Assembly: GCA_016931935.1 (NCBI GenBank)
Contig: JAFGDW010000090.1
Location: 199-64,198, forward strand
Length of the DNA stretch: 64,000 nucleotides
From: Candidatus Zhuqueibacterota bacterium
GTDB lineage: Bacteria; Zhuqueibacterota; Zhuqueibacteria; Thermofontimicrobiales; Thiofontviventaceae
Reading direction: 5' to 3'
Notes under the pieces: generated by a model
The model's input: only the letters and a program-made list of their open reading frames with translations
Told to the model about the DNA's origin: nothing
Database searches by the model: none
Part shown: positions 18,166 through 30,600 of the stretch, piece after piece
How positions within the stretch are numbered: position 1 is the first letter of the stretch
How the letters are laid out: every line of letters begins with the position of its first letter
Made by a program: the position numbers and the translations under genes

Positions 18166-21100
18166 TTATAATACTTTTACGACGACATATTTTGACAGTT
18201 TTACCAGTACTTCTTCTATATTTATCGGCTTGGAAATGTAATCATCCATACCTGCATTCAAAAATTTTTCACGATCTCCCTTCATTGCATGAGCGGTCAT
18301 CGCAATAATCGGGATTTCTTTTTTATCGGAAAGCCGAATTCGTCTGGTTGCCTCAATCCCGTCCATTTTGGGCATCTGAACATCCATGAGAATAAGATCG
18401 AAATGTCGGTCAGCAGCGAATACTAAATCAAGCGCTTCCTGGCCGTCGTTTGCGACCTGCACCCGGTGTCCCCACTTCTTCAGAAGATTTATTGCCACTT
18501 TCTGGTTAATGATATTGTCTTCCGCCAAAAGAATATTCAACGAGCTGTTCACATCTGTATTGGCATGCCCATCACCTGAACCCGCATTAGCCTGATCAAT
18601 CTTACCCAGTGTCTCAAGGATTGCATGTAATAAATTCTGCTGACGGATTGGTTTTTGGATGAAATTTTGAATGGCGATTTCCTGCCGCTGTCCATGATTT
18701 TCATCATGCCCTAATGAACTCATCATAATTATTTTGATGTTGTTCCATTCTTCACGAGCACGTATAGCGCGTGCGACTTCCAGGCCATCCATTTCCGGCA
18801 TTTGATGATCGAGCAAGACCAATGAAAATTGTTTATCATTTGTTATCGCACGACTCAATAATTCCAATGCATGAGCGCCATTAATTGCAACGGTGGGTTT
18901 CAATTTCCACTGCGTGAAAAGATCGCTTACAAACGCGCAATTGGTTTCATTATCATCCACAATTAATATTCGCGTACCAACTAAATGTGAGGCTGGCAAT
19001 TCAACACTTTCGCACCCCTGAAAATTACCAGACGCAAAACAGGCGGTAAAGTAAAATGTACTTCCTTTTCCGATTTCACTCTCAACCCAAATATCGCCCC
19101 CCATCAAGCCAGCAATTTTTTGTGAAATCGTAAGCCCAAGTCCGGTGCCCCCATATTTACGCGTCGTGGAGCTATCAGCCTGAGAAAAGCTTTCAAAGAT
19201 TTTACTTATTTTATCTTGTGGGATACCAATTCCTGTATCAACAATAGCAAATCGAAGCTTCATTTTATCTACTGTTCGCGCTTTCGATTCGCTCACCAAT
19301 TCGACCCGAACAACAATTTCACCCTTTTCTGTAAATTTAATACTGTTTCCAATTAAATTAACAATCACTTGTCGCAATCTATCAGGATCGCCCTTCAAAG
19401 CAGTCGGTACATCCCGTTTAATCCCATAAAGAAGTTCCAGCCCTTTGGATTTTGCCTGAATCGCCAAGCTGGAAATGGCGGATTCAATTACATCGTGTAG
19501 CTTAAAATCGACTTCTTCCAGTTCCATTTTTCCGGCTTCAATCTTCGAAAAATCGAGAATATCATTTAACAATTTGAGTAACGATTCCGCTGATTGTTTG
19601 GCCATATGTAAATAGTCTCGTTGCGTTTTATTATCAGCCATTCCGATAGCCAACTCGGTCATACCGATAACGCCGTTCATCGGCGTTCTGATTTCATGGC
19701 TCATATTGGCTAAAAATTCACTTTTGTATTGATTTGCATCTTCAGCGAGTTTTTTTGCAGCCTGCAATTCACGCTCGAAACGTTTACGTTCGGTGATATC
19801 GCGATTGATACCAACCAATCCCTGCACATCGCCGTTCTGGTTACGCAATTGGATTTTCGAACTCAACACATATACTTTATTGCCGGTCAGGGGTTCAACA
19901 CCGTATTCTTCCTTATCAATGATTGTTTCACCCTGTTTGATGATTTTTATATCATCATTAATGAATTGCTCGGCAATTTCTTTCGGAAAAAAATCCATGT
20001 CCGTCCGCCCTAGCAAATCTTCCTGGCATAACTTCCCCATTTTTCTGATATGCGTTTTATTATTCAGAATAAATCGATTATCTACATCCTTGACAAAAAT
20101 GCTTTCGGGAACAATATCGATGACTGATTTCAATAAATAGCGCTCATTGGCAAGTTCTTTTGTCCGTTCTGATACTTTCTGTTCGAGCGATTTATTTTGC
20201 TGACGAATATTGTATGTTCGGATTTTATAAATAAACGCGATCAATCCGGCAATCACGACAATTACAATTACACGAAACCACCATGTCTGCCACATCGGCG
20301 GGGTAATAACAATGCCTAATGAGGTTTTCCGATCAAACCAGATGCCATCGCCATTGGTTGCTTTTGCCTGAAATTCATAATATCCGGCTGGTAAATTTGT
20401 ATAGGTGACAAATCTGCGCTTTCCGACATAATTCCACTTTTCTTCAAAATTAAGTAATCGGTACGCATATTCACATTTATTGGAGGAATTTAAATTTAAT
20501 GAGACATAGTTGAACGATATAATATTGTCTTTATACGACAGCTCAATCTTCTGCGTTTTTGAAACGACTTCCTTTAGAATCGTTCTGCCATCTTTCATGC
20601 TGCCAACAGGAATAGATGTATTAAATAATTTGACATCTTTAATAATTACCGTGGGGCTGCTATAATCATCAATTATTTCATCGGGATAAAAGGCAGTAAT
20701 GCCATATTCGCCACCAAATAATAATCGACCATCGGCTGTTTTAAAACAGGAACGTTTAAAAAATTGCTGATCCAATAATCCATCATTGACATCGTAATTT
20801 CGAAAAGTCTCGTCATCTGTTGAAAACCGCGTTAAGCCATTATCTGTACTCAGCCATAACTGATTATTGTCATCTTCCAGAATACCCATGATGATATTTG
20901 TGGATAATCCGTTCTTTTCAGTATAAACTGTAAAGTTATCCGATTCGGAATTATATCGATTCAATCCATCACGGGTACCAATCCACAATTTCCCGGATGA
21001 GTCGACAAAAATCGTATAAATAAAATCATTGCTCAGACTTGATTCATCATTGACTTTGTTGTGGTACACTGCAAATAATCCGGAATTTTTGTCGAACCGG

Positions 21101-22665
21101 GCCAATCCATAGGTTGTCGATATCCAAACACTATGCTCATAATCTTCCAAAATCTGTCCGCCCCATTTGCTGGGTATTTTTGTTGTATCGTTAGAATTTC
21201 CTTCATAGTGGGTAAACACATTATTTTTTATATCGAAATAATCCACACCGAAATTTTCAAGCGCAAGCCATAAATTATTATTGTGGTCCACATAAATATC
21301 CCGAACATCATTGCCGGCAATGCTGTTTCTGTTTTTCGGATCGTGCACATAACGAATAAATGAATCACCCGTTTTATTGAACAGATTAAGTCCGTTATCA
21401 TAAGTGGCAATCCAGATACGTCCGGACAAGTCTTCAACAATGGAGTAAATCGGACCAAATCCCAAACTGTGTGGATTTTTCGGATCATGTTCGTAGGTAT
21501 TTATTTTCACACCATCGCTATTAAACACATCAATTCCCCCGGCCATGTAACCTATCCATAGGTTGCTATTTTTGTCGACCAGAATTGTATTGACTTTCTT
21601 TTTGCTTAAACTATTTTTATCAGTCACGTTCCGAATGTATTGCTCAAACGCTTTTTGCTTTAAGTGATAACTAATTCCAAAGTTATCATGACCCGCCCAA
21701 ATATTTCCTTTACCATCCTTGAACACGCATGAAACATGCATGTTCTTAATACCGTTGCTGTTGTATTCGGAATAGGCATATGTCTGAAAAATATTTTTAC
21801 CGATATCATATAATTTGAGGCCTTCGCCGGTTGCCAACCAAATTTTATCCTTGCTATCTTTATAGAAGGAACGGATAAAGTTATATTCATTACTTTTTTG
21901 GATTCGGGTAAATTTTCCGGAGGTCCGATCGTAAATTGATAATCCGTAGCGGACAATGCCGATCAGAATATTTTTATTGCCATCGAAATAGAGCGCGGAA
22001 ATATTATTATCCGGCAGGCTGTTTTTTCTTTCGGGATTATGCTGAAAATGTGTAAACGAATTACTGTGAGTGTCGAAGAAATCAAGACCTGCTGGTGTGC
22101 CAATCCACAGATTATCATCATCATCAATTATCAGCGATTTGATATTGTTATTAATCAGGCTATTTATATTCTCTGAATTTTCAAACAAGGTGAACGTGTT
22201 TGCTCGGCTGTCATATTTATAAAATCCTACGCCATCGGTGGCAATCCAGAGATTATTCTTTTTGTCGTCAACAATGGAAACAATATTTGTATGAAGTTGA
22301 TTTTTCAAATAAGTTGTAAACGAATCCGTTTCACGCTCATATTTGCATAAACCATTGAATGTGCCAATCCACAGTACGCCGTTTTTATCTTCAAATAATG
22401 ATTGAACGTATGAATTGCACAGGCTGGACTGATTATTCGGTTCGGACAAATATACAGCAACGGAATAGCCATCGTATTTATTCAATCCTTTATCTGTTCC
22501 AATCCATAAAAATCCTTCATGATCTTCGAGAATACAATGAATATTATTATTGGAAAGCCCATGTTCCTTGGAAAGATGCTTGAATATGAGTGAACGTGTC
22601 TGTGCATGAAGTGACGGTCCAGCAGCAACCAGGATCATGCATAGTATCAGCATTTTATTTTTCAT
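18166..22665 (-). CDS. Hybrid sensor histidine kinase: propeller-Y_Y_Y-TM-PAS-HisKA-HATPase-REC-REC
   Basis: Reg_prop repeats, [35 protein letters not shown] boxes, two REC domains. Confidence 0.93.
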   Translation of the reverse strand: MKNKMLILCMILVAAGPSLHAQTRSLIFKHLSKEHGLSNNNIHCILEDHEGFLWIGTDKGLNKYDGYSVAVYLSEPNNQSSLCNSYVQSLFEDKNGVLWIGTFNGLCKYERETDSFTTYLKNQLHTNIVSIVDDKKNNLWIATDGVGFYKYDSRANTFTLFENSENINSLINNNIKSLIIDDDDNLWIGTPAGLDFFDTHSNSFTHFQHNPERKNSLPDNNISALYFDGNKNILIGIVRYGLSIYDRTSGKFTRIQKSNEYNFIRSFYKDSKDKIWLATGEGLKLYDIGKNIFQTYAYSEYNSNGIKNMHVSCVFKDGKGNIWAGHDNFGISYHLKQKAFEQYIRNVTDKNSLSKKKVNTILVDKNSNLWIGYMAGGIDVFNSDGVKINTYEHDPKNPHSLGFGPIYSIVEDLSGRIWIATYDNGLNLFNKTGDSFIRYVHDPKNRNSIAGNDVRDIYVDHNNNLWLALENFGVDYFDIKNNVFTHYEGNSNDTTKIPSKWGGQILEDYEHSVWISTTYGLARFDKNSGLFAVYHNKVNDESSLSNDFIYTIFVDSSGKLWIGTRDGLNRYNSESDNFTVYTEKNGLSTNIIMGILEDDNNQLWLSTDNGLTRFSTDDETFRNYDVNDGLLDQQFFKRSCFKTADGRLLFGGEYGITAFYPDEIIDDYSSPTVIIKDVKLFNTSIPVGSMKDGRTILKEVVSKTQKIELSYKDNIISFNYVSLNLNSSNKCEYAYRLLNFEEKWNYVGKRRFVTYTNLPAGYYEFQAKATNGDGIWFDRKTSLGIVITPPMWQTWWFRVIVIVVIAGLIAFIYKIRTYNIRQQNKSLEQKVSERTKELANERYLLKSVIDIVPESIFVKDVDNRFILNNKTHIRKMGKLCQEDLLGRTDMDFFPKEIAEQFINDDIKIIKQGETIIDKEEYGVEPLTGNKVYVLSSKIQLRNQNGDVQGLVGINRDITERKRFERELQAAKKLAEDANQYKSEFLANMSHEIRTPMNGVIGMTELAIGMADNKTQRDYLHMAKQSAESLLKLLNDILDFSKIEAGKMELEEVDFKLHDVIESAISSLAIQAKSKGLELLYGIKRDVPTALKGDPDRLRQVIVNLIGNSIKFTEKGEIVVRVELVSESKARTVDKMKLRFAIVDTGIGIPQDKISKIFESFSQADSSTTRKYGGTGLGLTISQKIAGLMGGDIWVESEIGKGSTFYFTACFASGNFQGCESVELPASHLVGTRILIVDDNETNCAFVSDLFTQWKLKPTVAINGAHALELLSRAITNDKQFSLVLLDHQMPEMDGLEVARAIRAREEWNNIKIIMMSSLGHDENHGQRQEIAIQNFIQKPIRQQNLLHAILETLGKIDQANAGSGDGHANTDVNSSLNILLAEDNIINQKVAINLLKKWGHRVQVANDGQEALDLVFAADRHFDLILMDVQMPKMDGIEATRRIRLSDKKEIPIIAMTAHAMKGDREKFLNAGMDDYISKPINIEEVLVKLSKYVVVKVL

Positions 22666-22713
22666 CGAGTCTTCTCATAAACAAAATCAACCGAGAGTGA
22701 ATTATGCTGGTAA

Positions 22714-22811
22714 CGAATTGGTTTTCGGATTTCTTTTTTATAAACCTACCCTTACCTTCGACCTTCTTTCAAAAGGAAGGGAATTTAAGATTAAATCCGA
22801 AAACCAATTCG
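22714..22811. repeat. Perfect 19-bp inverted repeat, possible MITE
   Basis: CGAATTGGTTTTCGGATTT (22714-22732) / AAATCCGAAAACCAATTCG (22793-22811). No convincing TSD. Confidence 0.65.
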
Positions 22812-22860
22812 GCCTTAGTATAGTTCAAATCTCGTATAGAACTATTCGTAATGGAACAAA

Positions 22861-25800
22861 TTATCCGTACGATTCGACCACCATTTTAGCATATTTCTGA
22901 ACAGTGCTTTTCACTTCATTCACATTGATCGGTTTCGAAATATAATCATTCATCCCGGCTTCAAGGAAACGTTCGCGGTCGCCTTTCATCGCATGGGCCG
23001 TCATGGCAATAATTGGAATTCGGGCATTACTATTGGATGCAGGCAATTCGCGAATTATCCGGGTAGCCATCATACCGTCCATAACAGGCATTTGCACATC
23101 CATCAATACAAGATTAAATGCTTCTTGCTGGAGATATTCAATTGCTTGTTGGCCGTTATTTGCGATAGCAACGTTATAGCCCCATTTCTGTAAAAGATTA
23201 ATCGCCACTTTCTGGTTTATTATATTATCTTCCACCAGGAGAATGCGTATTTCCCCCGGTCGTTCCTTTTCAACAATCTGCCCTTCATTATCATTTCGGG
23301 AATCAACCTGATTTTCCATTGTTTCCAGCAGAATCCGCAACAGGTCATCACGGCGAATCGGCTTCGGCAAATAATTATCGATTTTCACGCATTGTTGCCA
23401 CGTCGATTCCCGTTGATCGAGGATGGAGCTAATCAGAATAATTTTTACCTGGTCAAATTGCTGATCCGCCCGTACCTTCTCCACAAAACTACGAATATCC
23501 AGGTGGGGACTTTGAAAATCAGAAATAATCAGGCTAAACGGTCGGTTTTCATCTGCTGCAGTACACATAGCCCGGAAGGCGTCTCGCTCGTTGGCGTAGA
23601 CTTGTACACTGCATTTCCATGAATCCAGCATCTGTTGCAATATAATTGGATTTGTTTTATTATCATCCACTATCATCACCCGCATTCCATTGAAATCCAT
23701 GATTTGCAAGGAATTAGTTTCATGAGGTTTTTGATGTTCAATCTTAAACCGAGCAATGAAATGAAACGTACTTCCTTTACCATAGTCACTTTCTGCCCAG
23801 ATTCGACCGTGCATCAGTTCCGTCAGGTTGCGGCAAATCGCCAATCCCAAACCGGTGCCACCATACTTGCGTGTGGTCGAGTTATCTGCCTGGCGGAAAC
23901 TTTCGAAAATTGTTTTCAGCTTGTTTTCGGGAATTCCGATCCCGGTATCCGATATCGAAAAATGCAATTGCATATAATCTTCATTGGTTTGCGTATCGGT
24001 TTCGTCACATGCAACATGGACTGCAATTTCTCCGTTTTCAGTAAATTTAATAGCATTGGCCAGTAAATTGAATATTATTTGCCGCAACCGTCCCGGATCA
24101 CCCTGTAAATTGAGCGGTACATCCGGCTCAATATGATGAAAAATATCGACTCGTTTCGATTGCGCCTGAATTGTCAGCGATGTAATGGTTGAATCCACTA
24201 CCTGACGTAAATCGAAATCCACTTCTTCCAATTCCAACTTTCCGGCTTCAATTTTGGAGAAATCCAGAATATCTTTAAGTAAATTGGAAAGCGATTCTGC
24301 CGATTCTTTGGCAATTGTTAGATAATCGGACTGTTGTTTGCTCAATTTTGTATCAAGCACCAGTTCGGTCATGCCAATAATACCATTCATCGGTGTCCGT
24401 ATCTCGTGACTCATATTGGCCAGAAATTCACTTTTTGCCCGATTGGCAGCTTCGGCAAATTCTTTGGCTTGTTTAAGTTGTTCTTCAAACTTTTTTCGTT
24501 GTGTTATATTGTGGCTTATTCCCACGATTCCCTGAACATCGCCATCATCATTGTAATACAATATTTTTGTGGAAGTCACCCAAAATTTACTACCATCGGT
24601 TTGATCGATAACAATTTCTTCTTTATCAATTTGTGAATTTCCGGTCGCCAGCATTTTTTGTTCATCCTGATAATATTTTTCACCATATTCATTAGAAAAA
24701 ATTTCCACATCAGTTTTCCCCAGAACATCTTCCTGTTTTTTGGCACCTAACAGGTGTAAATGCGATTTGTTATTAAGTACAAACTGGCTTTGCCTGTCTT
24801 TAATGAAGATATAATCGGGTATTAAATCGATCAGTGTCCGTAGCAGATTTTTTTCATTCGCTAATTCACGGGTTCGTTCATCGACCTTTTTGCCGAGCTG
24901 CTTGTTTACCTGGCGGATATTATACGTGCGCAGATTATAAACGCCAATGATAATTAAACTAAGCACAAAAATAATCATTAACCGAAACCACCACGAAGCC
25001 CAATATGGCGGCGTTATTATTATTTTAACCGATGCACCTTCAATATTCCAGATTCCATCATTATTGGATGCCTTGACTCTGAACACGTACTTGCCCGGGT
25101 CAAGATTAGTATACGTCGCTTCACGTTTTTCATTTACATAATTCCAACTTTTCTCGAATCCTTCCATTATATATGCATATTGATTTTTTTCAGTTATAAT
25201 GTAATTCAGCGCCACAAATTCAAATGAAATGACATTCTGAAAATGATTTAATTTAATCTCTTTCGTTTGATTTATATTTGTGTGCAGGATACTTTGATCA
25301 GTTTGCCCGCCAATGGGAATTGACTTATTAAAAATTTTGAAATTGGTGAGATACACAGGTGGAGTGAACAGGTTATCACGTATGCTGTCCGGGTAAAAAT
25401 ATGTGATGCCATCTACTTCACCCCAGAGCAACTCCCCATCATGACTTTGCAAACATGCTGTTGCAAAAAATTCGTTTGATTGCATACCATCACGGCTATC
25501 AAAATTTCTTATGATCCCGGATTCCGGATTAAAACGAATAATGCCGCTATTCGTACTTAACCATAATTCGCCGCGTTCATCTTCGAGAATCCCGCAAATT
25601 CGATCGCTTTGGAATCCGTCTTCGCATAGGTATCGTTTGAAATTCTTTGTTTCCGAATTGAACAGATTCAGCCCTTCTCCTGTCCCAATCCAAATGCGAT
25701 GTTTGGTATCTTGAAATATTGTAATAATTAAATTGTCACTAAGACTAAATCGGTCATTTGGATTATTGCGGAAGTTTGTAATTTCCAGGCTGGGTGTTAA

Positions 25801-27339
25801 AAACGTCACCCCATCAGCCGTTCCGACCCACACGTTATCTTCGGCATCGACCAGTACTTTAAAATTCCAATCATTCGCCAGGGAATGGTAATTATCATTA
25901 ACATTTTGTCGGAAGCAGGTAAACGTCTGATTGTTTGGATTGAATTTATTCAGCCCCCCTCCGTTGGTCGCAATCCATAAATTATGGTGACTATCTTCGG
26001 CAATGGATCGAACATCATTGCTACTAATACTGTTGCGATCGTCGGGATCATGTCGATACGAGATTATTTTTCCGGTTTTTTCATCGAATAATTGTAATCC
26101 GCCTTCGTAGGTGCCCAGCCACATACGATGTTGGCTGTCTTTAAAAATAACATGTACCGTGCCATCGCCCAAACTGAACGGATTATTATTATCAGGTTCG
26201 TAATGTTTTTTTTGCCGTGTTGCTCGATTAATGACATCAATTCCATTGTTATATGAACCAATCCATAAATTTCCATGACGATCTTCACAAATGGCTGAAA
26301 TATTGCTTTTTGTGAGTTTAGGATCCGTATTCTTATTTAAATGATGGAATGGTTTTTTATGAGTAACAATACAAATTCCACCATATTTTACACCGACCCA
26401 TATATTTTTCTGACTATCTTCAAAAAAACATGAAACGCCTTCAGCCGAAAGACTTTTGTTATCATCCTGTGAATGCAAATATTCCCACGCATTGTTGCTT
26501 TTATCATTGAATCGCATCAAACTCAGGCTTGTGCCAAACCAGATTTGTCCCGTGCTAGCGCGTGTAATAAAGTAGATATTTGTTTTTTCGGGAAATATTC
26601 GTGTAAATTTATGAGTGTTCTTATTGTAAATCGAAATGCCCTTGTCGGCTGTACCAATCCACAACTGGTCTTTCTCATGGAACAGACTCAATATATAATT
26701 ATTACTCAGGCTGTTTTCATTCTGTGGTTGACAATGATAACTTGTGAGTTTATCTGTTTCTCGATCATAAAAATACAATCCATTCTGACTACCAATCCAA
26801 AAATTATCATCGTTGTCAATAGTAGCTTTTGTGACATTATTTTTCAAACTGTAGCAAAGTACAAATTCTTTTCCGGTGTTCTCAATTTTATGAATTTCAC
26901 CATCACCGAAAACTACCCAAATATTATTCAAACTATCTTCAAAAATACTGCTTACTTGCTTTATTATGCCACTATTCCCTCTTATGGAGTAATTAATAAA
27001 ATTATCCAATCGTGAATTATATTGGCTAATCCCCCAAATAGTGCCAATCCATAAGCGATGCTGACTATCCATAAACAATGCCGTAATCATATTATGAATT
27101 AGACTGGTCGAATCGCCGGGTATTTTCTTGTAGATTTTATATTGATAACCATCGTACATATTAAGACCATTATCCGTACCAATCCAGATGAATCCGTATT
27201 GGTCCTGGGTTATGTCTGTCACATTGCTACATGACAAGCCCTGATCCGTATTCGAACGTAGAAACTCCAATTCCCCTGCAAAGACACAACTGGCATGTAA
27301 TAATACAAACATCGAGATAAACACTAGTTTTCGTCCCAT
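22861..27339 (-). CDS. Hybrid sensor histidine kinase: propeller-Y_Y_Y-TM-PAS-HisKA-HATPase-REC-REC
   Basis: Same motif set. [11 protein letters not shown]-box. Confidence 0.93.
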   Translation of the reverse strand: MGRKLVFISMFVLLHASCVFAGELEFLRSNTDQGLSCSNVTDITQDQYGFIWIGTDNGLNMYDGYQYKIYKKIPGDSTSLIHNMITALFMDSQHRLWIGTIWGISQYNSRLDNFINYSIRGNSGIIKQVSSIFEDSLNNIWVVFGDGEIHKIENTGKEFVLCYSLKNNVTKATIDNDDNFWIGSQNGLYFYDRETDKLTSYHCQPQNENSLSNNYILSLFHEKDQLWIGTADKGISIYNKNTHKFTRIFPEKTNIYFITRASTGQIWFGTSLSLMRFNDKSNNAWEYLHSQDDNKSLSAEGVSCFFEDSQKNIWVGVKYGGICIVTHKKPFHHLNKNTDPKLTKSNISAICEDRHGNLWIGSYNNGIDVINRATRQKKHYEPDNNNPFSLGDGTVHVIFKDSQHRMWLGTYEGGLQLFDEKTGKIISYRHDPDDRNSISSNDVRSIAEDSHHNLWIATNGGGLNKFNPNNQTFTCFRQNVNDNYHSLANDWNFKVLVDAEDNVWVGTADGVTFLTPSLEITNFRNNPNDRFSLSDNLIITIFQDTKHRIWIGTGEGLNLFNSETKNFKRYLCEDGFQSDRICGILEDERGELWLSTNSGIIRFNPESGIIRNFDSRDGMQSNEFFATACLQSHDGELLWGEVDGITYFYPDSIRDNLFTPPVYLTNFKIFNKSIPIGGQTDQSILHTNINQTKEIKLNHFQNVISFEFVALNYIITEKNQYAYIMEGFEKSWNYVNEKREATYTNLDPGKYVFRVKASNNDGIWNIEGASVKIIITPPYWASWWFRLMIIFVLSLIIIGVYNLRTYNIRQVNKQLGKKVDERTRELANEKNLLRTLIDLIPDYIFIKDRQSQFVLNNKSHLHLLGAKKQEDVLGKTDVEIFSNEYGEKYYQDEQKMLATGNSQIDKEEIVIDQTDGSKFWVTSTKILYYNDDGDVQGIVGISHNITQRKKFEEQLKQAKEFAEAANRAKSEFLANMSHEIRTPMNGIIGMTELVLDTKLSKQQSDYLTIAKESAESLSNLLKDILDFSKIEAGKLELEEVDFDLRQVVDSTITSLTIQAQSKRVDIFHHIEPDVPLNLQGDPGRLRQIIFNLLANAIKFTENGEIAVHVACDETDTQTNEDYMQLHFSISDTGIGIPENKLKTIFESFRQADNSTTRKYGGTGLGLAICRNLTELMHGRIWAESDYGKGSTFHFIARFKIEHQKPHETNSLQIMDFNGMRVMIVDDNKTNPIILQQMLDSWKCSVQVYANERDAFRAMCTAADENRPFSLIISDFQSPHLDIRSFVEKVRADQQFDQVKIILISSILDQRESTWQQCVKIDNYLPKPIRRDDLLRILLETMENQVDSRNDNEGQIVEKERPGEIRILLVEDNIINQKVAINLLQKWGYNVAIANNGQQAIEYLQQEAFNLVLMDVQMPVMDGMMATRIIRELPASNSNARIPIIAMTAHAMKGDRERFLEAGMNDYISKPINVNEVKSTVQKYAKMVVESYG

Positions 27340-27392
27340 AAATTTCGAGGTCCCATAATTAGTTGGTCAAGGTCATTCTTCTACCTAGTAAT

Positions 27393-27568
27393 CAATGTCA
27401 TTAAGTTAAGCTGATCGTTCTTGATCTTAGATTCCTAATATGCTTCGACTTCGCTCAGCATGAAGCGGTCGTTGACTTCACACTGAGTCCTTCGTCATGC
27501 TCAGGAAATACTCCGTCAAAGTGTGAAAAAGTCAAACAACTAATTTTTTTCTTGACTTAATGGCATTG
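27393..27568. mobile_element. MITE-like element with internal REP-like palindromes
   Basis: 18-bp TIRs CAATGTCATTAAGTTAAG / CTTGACTTAATGGCATTG (16/18 match). 10-bp flanking direct repeat ACCTAGTAAT / ACTTAGTAAT. Confidence 0.75.
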
Positions 27569-27690
27569 ACTTAGTAATTGTTCAAAAATAAATTATCATT
27601 TTGTATTCGTGATGATAATATCTGCAAATTCTGCTTATTCTTTTTATTCGTATGTTGGATGATGCATTAAGTCCACATAAAACGCCATTT

Positions 27691-30600
27691 TTAATTGTGT
27701 GCATTTACCGTATGTTTTATTTTTTGATATTTATTCAACATGCGCTGCATAACGTCTTCTTCAATTGGTTTCGTTAAGAAATCATCCATTCCTGCCTCAA
27801 AACACTTTTCTTTATCAGCCTTCAATGCATGCGCCGTTAGGGCAACAATCGGAGTATGAGAATCATATTCACCCGATAAGGAATTCCGTATTAACCTTGT
27901 CGCTTCAAGTCCGTCCATTTCAGGCATTTGGATATCCATAAGAATAAGGTCAAATGGCTGCTCTTTCAATGATTCGATTGCATGTTTTCCATTCTCGACG
28001 ACGACCACAGAATGCCCCCATTTTTCAAGCAATTTCACCGTGACTTTTTGATTGATTATGTTGTCTTCCGCAAGTAATATTTTAAGCCCGAATGACGATG
28101 ATTCTGAATAAACAGTTTCTGTTACATCATCAACATCATCTACCATACGTTGCTCGACAAGATCAAGATTAATAGTGAAGTGTAACGTCGTCCCTGTCTC
28201 GACGTTACTCTCAATCCAAATCTTGCCGCCCATTATTTCCACCAGCTTTTTAGATATAGTCAATCCGATGCCAATGCCACCGTGCCTTCGTGTGAATGAA
28301 TTATCCGCCTGATTAAACATTTCAAAAATTTTTTCCAGTTTATCATCCGGAATACCAACTCCCGTGTCGGAGACGGTAACATGAACCGGCACTTCGCTAT
28401 GTGGAACGATGCCTTGCTGATCACGTTTTGCAGTTAACGCTATCTCGCCAGCATCCGTAAATTTCAGACTATTACGAATGACATTTAGAATAATTTGCTT
28501 GATAAAATCCGGATCGCCGTAAAGGAAACGGGGCACGTGCGGATCGACTGTGCTTGTAAGTATTAATCCTTTATCCTGTGCCTGCGGCAACAGAAACGCT
28601 GTAGTATTTTTTACTAACTCATGGAAATCAAACGTCTGTTTACTAAGTGTCAATTTGCTCGATTCAATTTCGGTGAAACTTAAAACTTTGTTCAGTATAT
28701 CAAGCAATGAATTTGCTGACCGCTGCACAATGTTGAGGAATTCACGTTGTTCTTCAGTGAGTTTAGTCGATAATGTGAGATTTGTCATGCCGATGATTCC
28801 ATTCATTGGTGTTCGGAATTCATGACTAATGTTTGCCAGGAAACGACTTTTGGCATTGTTTGCGGATTCTGCAAGCTCTTTGGCAGCGTGCAGTTCGTTG
28901 TTAATCGTTTTGAGCTCGCGATTTCGACGGCGGATACTATAGGTGCGCACAAAATGGAATATCAACCCGGTAAGTAAAAATATAAGCATGGCAATAGTAC
29001 GAAACCACCAGGTTTGCCAGAACGGCGGAATAATTTTTATGGCTAATGATTTTGCAGCTTCGTTCCAGATGCCATCATTATTGGACGCTTTTACTCGCAG
29101 TGTATAATTTCCGGGGTCAAGATTGGTATAGGTGACAAATCGCCGGGATGAATTATGGTATGTCCATTTATCTTCAAATCCTTCCAATTTGCAGGCATAC
29201 TCATTTTCGGCAGGCGACGCATAATGCAAGGCTGAAAATTCGATGGAAAATATTTTATCGCTGTAATTCAATGTTATCGCATCGGATTCGGTAATTGACT
29301 TTTTTAATCGAGCATTTGCATCGTCACCAATTATGACCGGTTCATTGAATATTTTTAAATCGGTGAACACAATTTGCGGTGTATATGTATCATCACGGAT
29401 GCTATCGGGATGAAATATTTGAAAACCATTTGGACCCCCAAAGTACATTTCTCCGGTATGTATATTCTTCCAACACGAGTTTACAAAAAATTCATTACTG
29501 ATTAAACCATCGGTAGTATAGTAATTTGAAAACGTCTCTTTTGTCGGATTAAATTTGGAAAGCCCCTTGTTTGTACCGATCCACAAATTTCCATGATCAT
29601 CTTCCAAAATGCTCTGTACCGTATTGTTTGCCAGGCCGTCCTTTTCTTGATAGTTTTTAAATATCAAATATCCATCAGCCTGACACATAAGCTTGTTTAA
29701 ACCGTTCCCGGTACCAAGCCAAAAATTACCAGCTTTATCTTCATGTAAAACGAGCACCTTATTATCGCTAATACTTTGAGGATCATCGGGATTATGCCTG
29801 AAATGTACAAATTCACCTTTTTCGCGGTCAAACCTGTTTAAACCACCGAATCCGGTAGCAATCCAAAAGTTACCCTTACGATCTTCTAACATCGCCCAAA
29901 TAGTGTTATCACTTATACTGTATGGATTATTTATATCTACTTCGTAATGAACAAATCTTCCGGATTTCCGATCAAACTGATGAATTCCCTTATTATAGGT
30001 GCCTATCCATAAATCACCTTGCCTATCTTCGTAAATTGACCAAATGACGTTTTCACGTAGGCTGTATGAATTATCCGGATCTAACTTGTAATGTGTAAAT
30101 TCATAGGTCCGGGGATCAAATTCATCCAAACCATTTTCTGTGGCAATCCACAACATACCATGCCGATCAAAATATAGATAACGAACTAAATCGTTTGCTA
30201 TGCTTTTCGAATTATGCTGATCATTTTTAAACCATTTAAATCTTGGATATTCGTTCGGACAAAGGCGATTTAGACCACCGCCCTTTATGCCTAGCCAGAT
30301 TGCACCGCTACTGTCGCCAACAATTGCCTTCACCGTACTGAGACTGAGACAATCCGTTTGATATGGCCGATTGCTGTATGTTGTAAAAAATCGCCAGCGA
30401 GAATAGTATTTATTAACTCCACCATTTTCTGTTCCCACCCATAGGTTGCCGTTACGATCTTCAACGATACACCGGACATAATTATGTGAAAGGCTATTAG
30501 GATCATTCGGATCGCGCATAATTCGTGTAAAATGTTGTGTTTTTTGATCGAACACATTAAAGCCTCCACCCAGTGTACCGATGAGCAGATTACCATGCCT

